A stretch of 64,000 nucleotides of DNA from Tubulanus polymorphus (lineage: Eukaryota; Animalia; Nemertea), in assembly GCF_964204645.1 (NCBI RefSeq), contig NC_134030.1:10561947-10625946 (forward strand), given 5' to 3'. Positions within the stretch are counted from its first letter, which is position 1. Each line of letters opens with the position of its first letter. The position numbers and the translations under genes are program-made. Below the pieces are notes generated by a model, which worked only from the letters and a program-made list of their open reading frames with translations, made no database searches and was not told the DNA's origin. This document shows, in pieces, positions 23,801 to 56,508 of the stretch.

Positions 23801-25899
23801 CAATCCCGAGTCGGAACCCTAAACTGGGGCACTTTTAGGATATTGATAATCAAAGTATCTTTCTCAATCGATCGAAAGCGTTTTTCCAGCTCGCGTTTGA
23901 TGAGATGTTTGGAAACCGGGATTGAATGTGACTTCAGGATTAACGTCCTTCTTCGCTGCGATTATTGGACAAAGGAAACAAATCAAATCATTCACATCCC
24001 GGTCTTTGAAAAACTGAAATCGTTCTTCGGCCTGTCTTTCTGCTCCAATTCTTTCTTATCATTATTTCATCCAGTCCTGGAAGTGGTTGTTTCCGCAGTG
24101 ATCTCCGTCGCTCTACGATCCTAGTGTACCCAACTGTAATCCCTAACATTAGGCCCCTTCAAATTCAAACCCCCTGCTTTGCTTCCGGCAGGTGTGTGAC
24201 ACCAAATCAAAAAATCAAATGAAATCTACCAATCATTTAAAAAAAAGGTTCAATCCCTATTTCAAGATAAAAAAAAAAAAAACATCGGATACTAAAGGTT
24301 CTTGTTGAAATTATCAGGTGCTTACGACAGCGACCTTTTAAAGAAATATGTATATATATTCAAAATATGTATTTATATAAGTTAAAAAGATTAAACATTT
24401 ATATATCAGAAATCTAAATCAAAAGCTACAAGGTTCACAAACTAAAACGAAGGTCATTAAAGAGAAATTATCAAAGTTAAGACGGGTAAACTGTAGAATT
24501 GCGTTCTCGTGATAACTTCATAACTTATGACTTCGATTGGCATTATACCCGGCATTTCATAAAGAACATTCAAACGAACATCCATCCTCTGAGATCCGCA
24601 CTAGGGGAAGAATTGCAAACGATTCTCTCGCATATATTTATGGTGACGTGACACGATCTCTTCGTATTATATGCGCTCAAACTCCAAAATGTCGTCAACT
24701 TCGCCGACAAAACGCGAAGTTTTTCTCGTTGTGTACAATTCGTGCGCTTTTCACTCGCGGCGACAAAGGCCGCTGTGTCGTCTGCAAACATCGATAAAAC
24801 CTATACGGTCGTCGTCAGTCCCTTTATAGCGTTCTAACCCGGGAAAATTAATCCGCCATACAACGGAAGGTTTACCCGAGACGGCCGTGTTTGCTCGCCG
24901 ATGCCTTTCGGAAACTTACAAATTGGTATTAAGGATATTAAAATTTGCCATGATTTCGCCAAGTCGTTCGCCGCGCATTTGCGCTGGGTCACCAATAAAC
25001 GGGTGGAAAGTGAATATTCGCCGCCGCGATATCGGCCGAATCAACAAAGATTATTGAGCCGAGGGAGAAAGACAACTGACGAAATCTAAATCCTCCGACC
25101 GGATTACGCGGATTGGTTGATTAAACAAGGCCGAATGACACCGAACACCCGTATCGGAAACATCTTAATTCTCACCAAGTACTCACTCGAATCAATTACA
25201 TTTTCGTCGCTTAATAACAAAGATAGGGCTCTCGATTTCCACTTGAGATTTAATATCGTTGAAAGCAATATCGGAATAGACGTGAATCAGCCGCGTTTCG
25301 CCGAATATAACACGTATTATAAATGTGTAAATATGAAATGTAATTTAGTCATCGACTCTAAACTCGTTTAATCGATTTGAAAATAAACTTTATTTAAAAG
25401 TCTCAGTCCGTCCAATATCTATATATCAGATATGGGAGTGAAATAGTAAGAACCCGAAAAGAAATCTGATGAAATATTTCGAATAATGTCTCCGTGCTCT
25501 ATATCGATCAAAGGTATGCGCGTTTTCCTCTCATGATGGAATTGACTGAAATAGAGAAGAATATATTATCTTTATTGGTCCTTAGCATTAATGAATACAC
25601 CATAAGATTCAAACAATAAAGAGGCTCGCAGCAGGAAGAACAGGAAAAAAATGTTTCGAAATACAGAAATACACAGCCGCAGAGTACAATGATACTAGCG
25701 ATAAACATCATGATATGAAACAAGAAACGTACGTTATATTATTCGAATACTATTCGGGAATCTATTAAGCGGTGAAGTCAGCTAAAATCGCGCACAATCG
25801 CGACACGATCAAAACCGTCGTCGTTTTGTGTATTGTCGTGATTTGATGACGCTGTCTTTACGCGGGGCATAAAATATTCCCCGTCGCTGCCGATCACAC

Positions 25900-26404
25900 T
25901 CGTCAACGAGGCCGTCGCCTGCTAGTGGTTCGCGCGCGCTAACATATTCTCGACGGTCGACCAATCAGCGGCAGGCCGACTAATGATTTATCGAGAATAA
26001 TTCAAACCCGTTTACTATCTCGTTTCTAATGATTATACAAGGGGAGGAGAACGCGCCGACATTGTCAAAATTTATTACGTACAAGTCGCATGCGCCGCGG
26101 CTTATCGTCACAGTATCAGCTATCGACTTTTGCGGTAAAGGTAGAGATTATTCGCAAACCGATCGACTCGATACGAGGACACCGCGCTCCGCGTGCATCA
26201 TACCTATATACGATCGATCAGAACGATTACGATTTTCGGATAGAATCTCTTTACAACCGGACATTCTTCGGACACGTTTTTTCCCGAAAAAAAAAACGAA
26301 AGGAAATCGAATATATATACGTATAAACATTGGTCGTATATTTCTCTGTGCCAGAATTGCTGTAACGAATTTTTGCATTGCGGACCTTTTTCGTATTCAT
26401 CAAA
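25900..26404 (+). promoter_or_regulatory. Candidate Mnx proximal promoter / 5' UTR
   Basis: CpG-rich stretch directly upstream of the ATG, with a CCAAT box (gaccaatcag near 25960). The transcription start cannot be located from sequence. Confidence 0.4.
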
Positions 26405-45128
<18,724 letters not shown>

Positions 45129-45742
45129 GACTTCACGATCAGACATTTTTTATCTGTGATTTGTAAAATACGTATGTTAGGTTACGTATAGTATAACAAT
45201 GATGCCGTATACGGATTGGTAATCGGAGAGATTTCGGTAAATCAGTTACTTCTTTCAGAGGGCAAAGTATGCACGCAAAAAGTATTTTGCCCGGTGTAAT
45301 CTATCTTTCTTCACTGGAATTCTAAGCGTAAATTCTATGAATATCAAGGATCACGGTTAGCCAATTCAATTTCAGTTAAAATCGACCGGACCTGAACTGA
45401 TACCGGTCTTATGATACTCAGTTGCCAGATTTGCATTTACGCGTATCAAATCCAAAACAACATCGTCAGCGAAAGAACGAATCTTGTCGCGATTTTCGAA
45501 AACCACCCACACTGTCAACGATACTCGTAAATGAGACTGTACTAACGTTGCCTGCGCATTACAAATACTAGGAACACTTGTTAGATGTCAACAAGGTATA
45601 AACATGGCGTATAGGGCCTATAATTCATAGTTTTGATGTCGTCTCTCAATCTTAGGAGAAATAAGTCAGTCAGTGTATGTAAATATGAAATATTAAACAT
45701 ATCAGAAAATGATGTAAATATGTAATCCTTTGTGCTAAATGA

Positions 45743-45766
45743 AATAAATTCATTTGTATAAATAAA
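45743..45766 (+). terminator. Probable Mnx polyadenylation signals
   Basis: Two AATAAA hexamers (45743, 45761) about 620 nt after the stop, followed by a GT/T-rich tract (gttgtgttgttttt). Confidence 0.6.
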
Positions 45767-45881
45767 ATTAAGTTGTGTTGTTTTTCCGACATTTTCTCGC
45801 CCAGATCTCTGTCTATTTTCTTAGCGACGGTTGTACGTTGATTCTTGTGCTTTGAACGAATCTCAACGTTAATGATTTATA

Positions 45882-46185
45882 AGCCACGATCACACGAGCG
45901 TTTTCGATCCGTGCCAAAATTGGTCCGGGACAACTGTTCACACGGTTGCCATAAATAGGCCTGTTTGGCCCGACCAAAAACGTCGGACCAGGCCCGAGCC
46001 AAATTTTAGCGCGGGTGAAATAATCGCGTTTGAATTGTAACTGGTTCCGGAAGTGAATTTGCTTTGTTTAAGCATTGTTTAGTATCGAGTGAGTGGTTTG
46101 CGTGTGAACGCCGACTCTATTTAGGCACGGGCCAAATTAGACCTGGGCCTGATCCGTGCCAAATCGTCTCCATGTGATCACGGCT
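45882..46185. mobile_element. MITE downstream of the Mnx poly(A) site
   Basis: TIRs agccacgatcacacg / catgtgatcacggct with TA on both sides; internal 'gatccgtgccaaa' repeats. Confidence 0.65.
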
Positions 46186-47196
46186 TAAGTCTATAAATAG
46201 AGTAGTTCCTTTCGAGATTTTGTTATAGATGACTGGCGTTTCCGCGGATGTTCCCGAGAGATTAACAGATTAGCATTTAGAATATGGCTGATTGAAGTAT
46301 CATAATAATCATAGTTATCTTCACTTTAATTGGTCAGATCCAGATTTGAACACGTTAAGCTGCTATTTTCTGCACAAATAGGCTACATTCCCATTCCAGT
46401 TAATTATTCTACATAAACAATACAGAATCATCAAGAATCTTTATCTCTTTTGTGTATGTTTCTGTTTTCCTCCACTTGATACGAGTACTCGGTTCAAATT
46501 CAGTAACTAAATTGAGGCATTCTCAAAAGTTGAATCTTCAGTGGACTGGAGCAACATTACACGAACGTCAACGTGTATATTCTTTATTCGATATGGTTGA
46601 AACACAGAAAAACCGAGGGGAAGCGCTCGTACCACGAAACACGGTTTAACGAAACGCCGTTTCTCGCAACCAACACAGCACGAAACACAGCAGATTTCAC
46701 AACTGAACAAATCCCCACCATTTTGATATCGTATGATACAATTACTGCTTTTTTCATCGCTAGGTGGTGTATATACATTACATTGCAATGCATACATTCT
46801 TCTTTCGACGTTTTCTTGCTGTGTGCGCGCTATCATTTAGGCATCTTTTAAGTTGCCCCTGAAACCAACAAAACTCGGTCACCTTAAAAATCCAATTTGT
46901 TTTTCGTAGTTAAATGTGATATCGAGATAGTTTCCAGTATTAACCACGCATTCTATTACAACATACGAAATACGGAATGCAAAATTCGAGAAAACTGAAT
47001 CCGGTCCTGCATTTCTTGGTCCTGAGTACGATAGATGAAAAAAACTCTAAATTTTATAATCTATTTTCCAATATTGAATGCTGAAATTGAGACGAGATAA
47101 ACTGTGAAACTATTTTATCTCCCAACTATGGGAGGTGCGTGTCCATTGCTTTGTTGCGAAACGGTAGTGCCACCAGTCTTGAACATGACAATTTAA

Positions 47197-48062
47197 TGGG
47201 TTACCCACAGTGCTACTGTGGTAATCGAGGATTCCATGTGTGGCAGGCGAGGAAACGCCAGGTTTGCTAGTAGATAGTTGGTCTTCCACGTTCGATTTCT
47301 TCTACATTTGAATTAAATCTAAATGAACCTTTCTCTTAATGAATTGATGATTTAAGAAAACTATACCGATATCCTAGTAGAAGAATGGAGGTATCAATAT
47401 TTGGTAGGTGCTGGGATAATATATGGATTTGGGAGTCCAAAAATCAGGCTCAAAGTCTATTGAAAATGAACTAATTTTGACAACGGGCGACCTACTACTG
47501 CTCGTCACGCCATCTTGCAGAATAGCTGGTGTTGCGGGTACCCCATTCAATCTACGTAATGGGGAGCAGCAACAACAAGTTATCCCGCCAAATGGCGTGA
47601 TGAAAACTCGGTCTTCCGTTGCCAAAATTCAATTTTGGCAATTTTGGCAACGAAAGACTGAGTTTTCATCACGCCATCTGGCGGGATAACTTGTTGTTGC
47701 CGAGTTTTCATCACGCCATCTGGCGGGATAACTTGTTGTTGCCGCTCCCTATTACGTAGATTGAATGGGTCACCCGCAAAACCAGCTATTCTACCAGCAG
47801 TAGTAGGTCGTCCGTTGTCAAGATTAGTGCATTTTGAACTGAATTTTTAGGCTCCCGAATCCATATATTATCATATGTCCAACCAAATATTCAATAAATT
47901 CGTCAATCTACCCAGCCATGGGTATAATCGATAATGATGATCTATATATGAAATATAGATGAAATTGAACGCGGAAGACCGGGTAACTACCGGCGAACCT
48001 GGCGGATCCTCGCCTTCCATACGTGGCATCCTCGATTACCACAGTAGCACTGCGGGTACCCC
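47197..48062. mobile_element. Fold-back non-autonomous DNA transposon with TTAA target duplication (Kolobok-like)
   Basis: TTAA|tgggttacccacagtgctactgtggtaatcgagga ... tcctcgattaccacagtagcactgcgggtacccc|TTAA. Palindromic over most of its length; 42-bp tandem duplication at 47660-47743. Confidence 0.75.
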
Positions 48063-51000
48063 TTAATTTGTCAATTTCACAAATTGTGGGACTGAGTCCT
48101 GGCTTTTGTTTGATCATATTTCAAGTCTTTCACGCCACAGGAGCCCAGTGTCGTATCAACTCGTTGAACCGAATCCGTGGCTTTACCCTATGGGTGTAAT
48201 CAGCAGGCTGCGTACTGATGCTCAAACTGAAATCAGGCAACTTCGCTTGCGTGTGGTCTATTCACCGAGCCATCGCAAAACAACCCTTTTTCTCCTTGCG
48301 CGAGAAAAGCCGTACAGGAAAAAAATCTTATAATCTCGCTAAACAATGGCCGCAGTTAGCGGTGATTTACTCGATCTATCGCCTCTCTATATAATACGTG
48401 ATTATAATTTGACGGCCGGAAAAGAACAGCCGACAGCTCAACACCGGCGTTGTTTTAGCCGACGCGGTATACACACTTTACTCTTAATTAAATTACCGCT
48501 ACGAAAAACCGACTACGCCGAGACCACGGAGTAAATTGCGTTTAAATGTCAACGGATTAGCGACGCGGACCGAGCGCGTAAACCGAACACTCCCCGTGAA
48601 TACGGCTCGGTTGTTAAATTCGGGACGACGGATTAGCGGGCGTCGACTGACTAAGGCGAACTTCCATTTAGGAAAATTAACCCGTCGTTGAAACCGATCG
48701 CAGAAGAGAGCGGTATTTGATGGAGATTAGGGCACCATTGATCGAGTAAAAAGTGGGCTCTGCTGAAATCGTCTATGGTAATACCTACCAGTTATGCGCA
48801 GTCATTTCATAACGCGAAATATATTCAGAAACGTAGTGTGGACATGAATTCTTTAAAAAAGATTTCTCGTACGCGGCTTAGTCGATGGTCGAATCGGCGT
48901 GGACTTCAGCTGGCCGAGAAGAAAATGTTATCAATTACAGAGGCGCATTCGGGGATTACGGGGTACTCAGAATATTACACTTCTTATGCGTATAAGCATA
49001 TATCTACAAAATTGTAACAGCATAATTATCATTACTGAGTGTTCCTAGCTCGTATTGCAGACACGTCTCGGATCAAGTTTTAATTTTGCATATCGTAATT
49101 TCATTCTATGATCTTATAATTTTGTAGAAATTTATTTTACGAATAAAAATTTCATTCAAGTATATTTATATCCCAAAAGAATTTCCCTGTGAGGGAATAC
49201 CAAAGTGCTCTACACGAGGTAGGTATCGCGACCCTTATGACTTTCGATTCAATATGCTCGAAGTTTTGATCTTAGGGATTGTCCCTGTTATCTATTTAGT
49301 TGGAAGATTTGGTTTGATTTGTTTAGATTTTGGTGTCTCTTTCGCAAACCTACCACACCTGCCGGGAACGAAACAAGATGTTTGAATTTGGAAATCGGAC
49401 ATCGAAGTACAGCGATATAGTTGCGTAATCGGCGGTCGTATTCTTAGCCGAAAAATAAAAACAAAAACGCACGAAAGAAACTAACAAACAAAAACTAAGA
49501 AGCACTTTGCTAATCGAAACTGTCTTTTTTGCTTTCTATATATATATGAAAAAGATATCTGAAGTGTTATTTCCGTCGGAGATTTAGTCGCGTTACCGTG
49601 TTAGTTGACAGACTGAGCTGCACGTAAGTTGACACAGGCTTCGAGACTGACTGTGATCGAGCGGGCAAACAAGCGCGCTCCGTAAATTGAACAATGACAA
49701 ATCACCGGCGGTCAAAACTTAATTAAGCGTCATTAGCCAACATTTCGTCCGTGTTGTTGATATTAATTTGCCGCTGGTAATTGTTTTTACGAGCGACTCA
49801 CGTTAGCAACCGCGTCGGAGCCCGATCTCTAAAACCCGCCGCGCGGTTTATCTGCGTCCTCGACGATATAATTAATCACCGCCCGGTAAACAACTAATCT
49901 CTGGCCGAAGTGTCGACGCATATAAAACGATAACGCGTATTTCATAAGCGGGATCTGTTACCACATAAACGCTCGGTAAATACCGGAGCCATCGTCAATT
50001 ATAGCTAATATCCGATCTGATATGATATACAGCGACAAATGACAAGCACGCTCCTTCGAGAGGCCAATTATGCCGCGTACATTATTATGAGAATCTATAT
50101 TGTTCATTGTCTAGTTTGATTCCAAACCTGATATTATTGCAATATCAAAAATGTTATACATGTAATTCATTACGACGATATAACCGTGACTTTAATGTTT
50201 CCATGGGCCTTCTAGAGAAAATTGAGGTTTTAAATTTTGTCACGATACTCAATTCTACCAGATGGCGTACGCTGCACGGATGCCGTGGCGTATTCGATCG
50301 CCCCGAGAGAAGCGCGAGGAAGATCATTTTCGAGGTTAGATAGATAGATGGCAAACGGTATACTGTAGAAGTTTCTTCGAGACACTGACAATCTCAAAAC
50401 ACGACGACACATCAATCGAATTTGCAAGCGTAATAAGATTCAACGTAGAGATATTCTGATTGAATACAATAAGAACGGAAATAATCCTTTCACACGGATA
50501 GGAAGATACTTATATATATGTACTGACTTAACAAAACTCCAACTGTTTATTACGAGAGCCTACAACTTGGACTGCATATAATAGAATCGACCACGCACAG
50601 CCGTGTGGCTGTACGCAACGCGACAACTGCGGAATATCGGCGTTTTCCGTCTTCGTTCGGATCAATCCGCTGGTCCGTACGATTTCCGATTGCCATCACA
50701 ATTTCCGGCCAATATCTATCTATCTGATGAGCAGACGAGATGAGAGGATGAGAACTGTATCAGACGATATTCGGTGGTAATTAATAGCTCATATCGCGCG
50801 TGGTATAAGTAGCGGTATATTGATATGGCGAATTGTTATGATACAAGATAATTCATCGTCCTATACCCGATCTCTACTCGACCGTCGAGTATTTACGAAG
50901 TCGATCTGTGCCGCTGTATCGGACGATTTCAAATTCAAATGTATTCTATTTGTGTTACTAGCTACAGGAGAGATTCAAATGAAGTCCTTAGACGGTATTC

Positions 51001-53435
51001 GAAAGAGCGTTTCTTTTGGAAACCTCAAAACATACCTTCTGAACAAATTATCCTGAATTACTCTTTTAGACCGAGCTTTCTTTCAGGGGCAGTTCTATTT
51101 CAAGAAAAAGGGCACCTTTACCGTAAAAAAAGACAGATCTTAAGTATGAAGTGCCCGGGTACCCGATTAAAGCATTTTAGAAAGAATGACTTTTCATTTT
51201 CCAAAAGAAAGATTAAAAATTGTATCCATATTTCGAAAAATCTTGACCAAAATCTTTCGGCACTGATTTTTTGAAGGGCATAATTGCAGGGAAAATTTTA
51301 GGGGTTCGTCCGTACACTTGTTCACTACCCCCGATCCCCCATCACCTCGGCACGGGACTGTCTTTGGAGACCAGCCAACAGGCTATTAGCGAAATGATCA
51401 CCGGACAAGCCTGTTGGCTGGTCTCCAAAGAGCTCCGGTGCCAATAGATAAATAAATGAACAAATAATCATAATTAATTATGACATTAATGAATGAGCTT
51501 GTTCGATAAATTCTGATCATCTAAAAACAACCTTAGATAATGAGTGAAAAAGAACGGAACGTGCTTAAGGTGGACGATAACAATTACTATAGACTCAGAA
51601 AACAAATTACACTGATCCTAGCTAATATAAAGAAGGAAATTATCATGTCTTCAGTACTTGTCAGTTATCGTTACAACAGAAAAATCCATCGTTATAAACG
51701 TATTTAAACAGCGATCGACCCTCAATTGAAGATGGCGTGACCCTACTTATTGCCGCCATCGATTTCTAGAGTAAACGGACACGGCCACGAGTCGGTTCTC
51801 ATATAAATCTTTGCCTGAACCGGCGAAGCGTAAGACCCGGGGTCTCGCGGTGGCGCGAAGAACGCTCTCCAATTCGCCGATGGATCGATACGTGTCAGCT
51901 GCCGGTTCATACACCGCCGTTCGCACACACACACACAAACACACTGAGAAACACACAATCTTTTGATTAAAATTCGCCTTGAAAACAATCTCGGGATAAA
52001 ACGATCATTTTTTCTTCGATCAGCCGCGTGTTCCGCACGCACGATAATGTTGCTTCTCTGTCATCTTTTTCCTTTAGAACGAAAGAAAAGAAAAAACAGC
52101 GGTGGCTCAGTTTGGAAACTTTCTCTCAGTTTTTGAAGTATTTTTTTATGTTAAATCCCTTTAAATTTGCTTCAAAAATCGATCGAAGAATCGATTGAAT
52201 CTAGATTTACGCTATTATTGAATTGCAAAACGGACGAGTGTGAATCAATGAGCAACATATTGAGCCATTTGACATTTTCAAACTTGAAATCTTATTTCAA
52301 CAATTTGATGTTCGTACAGTTTATCTACAAAGTCCAGATTTCCACCTCGGTCATCGCGATCGAATATTCACTAAATCGCCAGAAAGTATTTGCATGGATG
52401 ATAAAAAGAATAGCGTCGTCGGGCAATCGTTTTCTCTTTGAAAGGTTATTCCGAGGATGTTTTTAACTTTTGTGGCAAGAAAACGAAACAGAACAACAAA
52501 ACATCTTAAGGGCCCATATAACAAAAGAAGCAAAAACAGCTTGCAGCCAACCCACAGGCCTTCACTGCAGATCGTTCGCTAGCCTTTTGGAAATCTGATT
52601 AAAAGTCAGACCCTCGGCGAACGGATGCAGTGACCATCCTGATAAATCTTATCTAGAAAACTCCCTTTTAATGGAATTATGTCACTTTTGCCGTAGTTAT
52701 TTGCGTGAACGGAACTATATATGATACATGATATGAGTGTAATTGAATATTTTAGACATTCGTGAAGAGAATACCATAGGTTTAATTTCTAACCATTTCT
52801 AACTCGAACACAAATACTTACTTCATTCGTATTTTCATTATCTGTGCACGAAAAGAAAAAAATCAATTCCTAAAACCCAATTCCGTTCAAGTCGAAATAT
52901 GTCCATTAATTTGTTTTTTTTTGTGTTAAACAACTCGCAGTTCTACGTAAACGTACTGTCTGCGATAAGGAAAAAAGCGATTCCCATATTTCTGAGTTTG
53001 AAGTGAGAATGAAATCCTCCAGTTATAACTAGCGGACCGATACTGGAATTAAATCGAATCACTCGAACGTAGAATTTAATTACAAACGGAGTTCGGCCCA
53101 TTTATCAAAGTAAACTGAACCGTTTGCGGCCACGGCAAAATAATCCCGGGCGTCTTTGAAGTTTTAATTAAATTTTCAAGAATCTATATTTTCATTTTTA
53201 TCTGCTACTCGAAATGAAATAGCATATTTCATTTAAATTGGTCGCCGATCACCCGAGGACATTGTCTTCATACGTCATTCGATAATCGGTGATGTATCGT
53301 CGTTTCCGATACATATACGACCCTTTCTAACGTGGACAATAAACTACGATCGAAGTATTTTGAAAAATCTTGGTCCCAACCTTAAGTTAAGGTTTATCTA
53401 GATAAGTTTAATGTAGTATTAATAGTAATAGTATT

Positions 53436-54105
53436 AGAAGTGGTGGTGGTGGTGTCGACGGTGGTATTGGTGGCGTTGTTCGTGGTGGTGGTGGTGGTAG
53501 TGGTATCGGTGCTCGTAAATGATGGTGCTGGTAATGGTAATGGTGGTGCTGGTGATGGTGTTGGTGGTGGTGATGATGGAAGTGGTGGTGTTGGTAGTAG
53601 TGTTGGTGGTAGCGGTGGTGTTGTTGATGATGGTAGTGGTGGTGCTGGTAGTGGTTGTGGTGTTGGTGGAGGTGGTAGTGGTGATAGCGGTGCTGGTAAT
53701 GGTGGTGCTGGTCGTCGTGGTTATGATAGTGCTAGTGGTCCTGGTAATATTGGTGTCAGTGGTAGTGGATGTGGTGCTGGTAATGGTGGTGCTGGTGCTG
53801 GTGATGATGATGATGGTGGTGATGGTGGTGGTGTAAGTGTGGGGGTTGTTGTTTGTGGTGGTGATGGTCGTGTTGGTAGTAGTGTTGGTGGTAGTGGTGG
53901 TGGTGTTTATGATGGTGTTGCTGGTGCTGGTGCTGGTAGTGGTTGTGGTAGTGGTGGTGGTGGTGGTGGTGGTGGTCCTAGTTATGTTGGGTGGTGGAGA
54001 TATTGGTGGTGGCGGTAGTGGTAATGATAGGGGTGGTGGTTGTGGTGGTAGTGGTGGTGATGGGGGTAGTGGTGGTTGTAGTAGTGGTGGTGCCAGTGGT
54101 GTTCG
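53436..54105. repeat. Degenerate (GGT)n / (GNT)n low-complexity tract, about 670 bp
   Basis: Trinucleotide-periodic ggt/gat/agt/gct run with repeated higher-order blocks such as gttggtagtagtgttggtggtag. Confidence 0.9.
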
Positions 54106-56508
54106 ATGATCACCGATGATCACTTAACAAATATTCATGAGACATCTTAAATTCCAGTTCATGTGCTTCTATCTAACCCGGCTTGATTACATATTCGGTT
54201 TACACATTCTATGTATCGTGGACAGATATTAATTCCAGAATGAAATTAACTTTCTTTCAAAAATTTTAAAATTTTGGTTTTCTCCAAGGCTATTTGATGG
54301 CTGTCATTAGGGAAAAATTCATATTTCTATATGAAATGAGAAAAAAAATTCCAAAAATTTTTGAAGGCATCTCAAAAATTTTAGGGGGGACAAGTCCCCT
54401 AGTCCTCTATTGGGTCCGCCATCGCTTTTTTAAGAATACAACAAGTCATCGTGGAAGCTTCAACAATGTGTCTTCTATTCCGTCTTCAAATTCATTTCTT
54501 CCGGCCTTTTGTCGCCAATTGTTCATTCATGTCTCCTCTCCCAGTTCAACGCCTTTTCTATACCGTTGTCGCTTCTCCTTTAAGAATGAAACGAAAAGGT
54601 CAACGAAAAGAAAAAAGATACTTTCAAAGACAGGGTGAGCATGAAAAAAACCCTCCGGGAATCTGGTAGTATATCAATTGAAACTTGAATGTCATGTGCA
54701 TTTGTAGTGTGCTTTTTGATTTCTCGTCATAAATTACAATCGATGTTACAGGGACGTGACTAGATAGCATTGAGATATAGGATCGAATTATAGGATGTGA
54801 AGCCCTAATTTTGCGTTTAAGTTTTACAAAATCGCTAAATTGTAAGAAAGTGTCATCAGTATGGTCGGATTTGCCCACAAATTGGCACACAGGTGACTAA
54901 AAAGTCTAAAGCTCTCTCACTAATAACATAAAGCAATTCATTGTCCTTTTCGTCAGCGCGGCAATATTCTGACAAATAACAATGTTTATACCTATTTACC
55001 TCGCTGATCATTGTCCTCGTCAGTATTTCTTATCCGCATAAGAGGGAACGCGCGCGTCTTTTTGAGATTGTATCGATCGTCTTATACGGGGAACTCGGTC
55101 TTTCTTGTGTGCGCGCGGCATCATAATTGCCGCGCTTTGATCTCGCTGACGATGGATTTTGATCCCCGCGATTTTTCATTGATGTTTCATCATCGCGGAC
55201 GAAATAATTCAAGCAAAACAGCAGCGGCGGCGGCGGCGGAAGGAAAAAATCTCTCCAATACGCGAGTCCGATTATCGACGGCGGAGTCGGAACATGTGTT
55301 TACGGGTGAAAATCACACGGTTGATTAGCGCTGATTCTGGTCGGGTCGCAGACGATCAAGAGATCTCGGTTTATGTGCATCTTGTCTAGCGGCTAATGAT
55401 GCCCACCTCACGCACACTTTCTAGAATTAAACCGCTCGAAATATTTTGATATTCGTCCACATCTAATCGCATGTAAAAATTTACCGCGCGGTTTTTTCGA
55501 ATACTAGTTTTCCGTGTCAGCGAAGGTCAGTACCGGCGAACCGATCGCTGTCTTGATATTTTATTATTTCTACTGTCTTGTCGGTCGATAGATAAAAATC
55601 AGGCGTCTAAGAGTAGGGACTGGACAGAATTCTGAAACCGCAGCACCAGCAGCAGATATTGTGGCGAGTCGTTGTCAAAATTCATTTTTGGTCAACTTTG
55701 AACTGAAATTGTTAAGCTCCCGGATTCAATGTATATCATGACACGACCCAGGAAACATGCATCAGACTGATTTTTTTTCTTGGGATTTTTTACTGATTTT
55801 TTTTACTTGTGATTGGGATTGTTTTTACTGATAGATTGATTTACCTACGGAGAAAGTGTATAAGATTCTAATTGAAATGCAGGAGAGACCGAGTAACTAC
55901 CAGCGATCCTGGCGGGCTCTTCCATCCAACATATCGGATCCTTGATTGTCACAGTATGAGGGAGGGTTCCCGTTGGCCGCTTGTCCAGGCCCGTTGGCAG
56001 GGGAGGCTTACTGGGGTTACTGTCAACCACTTTTGGCTGATATTTTGCCATTTCTCTGAGCTGTACTTCTATGATATAAACATTGGGCACTTTCTGCGAA
56101 AAGGCACTTTCATATAGGGGCCCCTTTTTTCCAAAAAGACACTTTTTATACAAAAGGGCTTTAATTTTCCTTTTGGTTTGATTGACTATTAGAACTAGGA
56201 ACAAATACATCACACTAAGAATGAGGGCAGCAGCCCCAGTACCAAAATAAACTGCAGTTCACCTCCAAATGCTTTAATGGCACGATTTTCAACGAAAATT
56301 TTTAAAAAGACCCAGGTCGAGGGGGACACCGTCGGTTCTAAGGTCGAGTGACCCCCGACTCGCGGCTTGATACCGCTTGGACTTCACCGCTTCGTGGCGC
56401 GTTGGTCGAAATTCCTATAAACAGTGTGATTTTCTTCAATTATTGGTGCCCTTTTATACAAAATAACTCCCACTCTCTTAAACCCGCCTACGGATCTGCT
56501 AATACATA

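Noticed and set aside
47374-47689. Overlapping 83-aa and 88-aa ORFs
   Set aside because: They lie inside the palindromic TTAA-flanked element and have no protein motifs.
53434-54123. Thr-rich, Gly-rich and Val-rich ORFs of 90-229 aa
   Set aside because: All come from one low-complexity trinucleotide tract; no convincing start, signal peptide or flanking exons.
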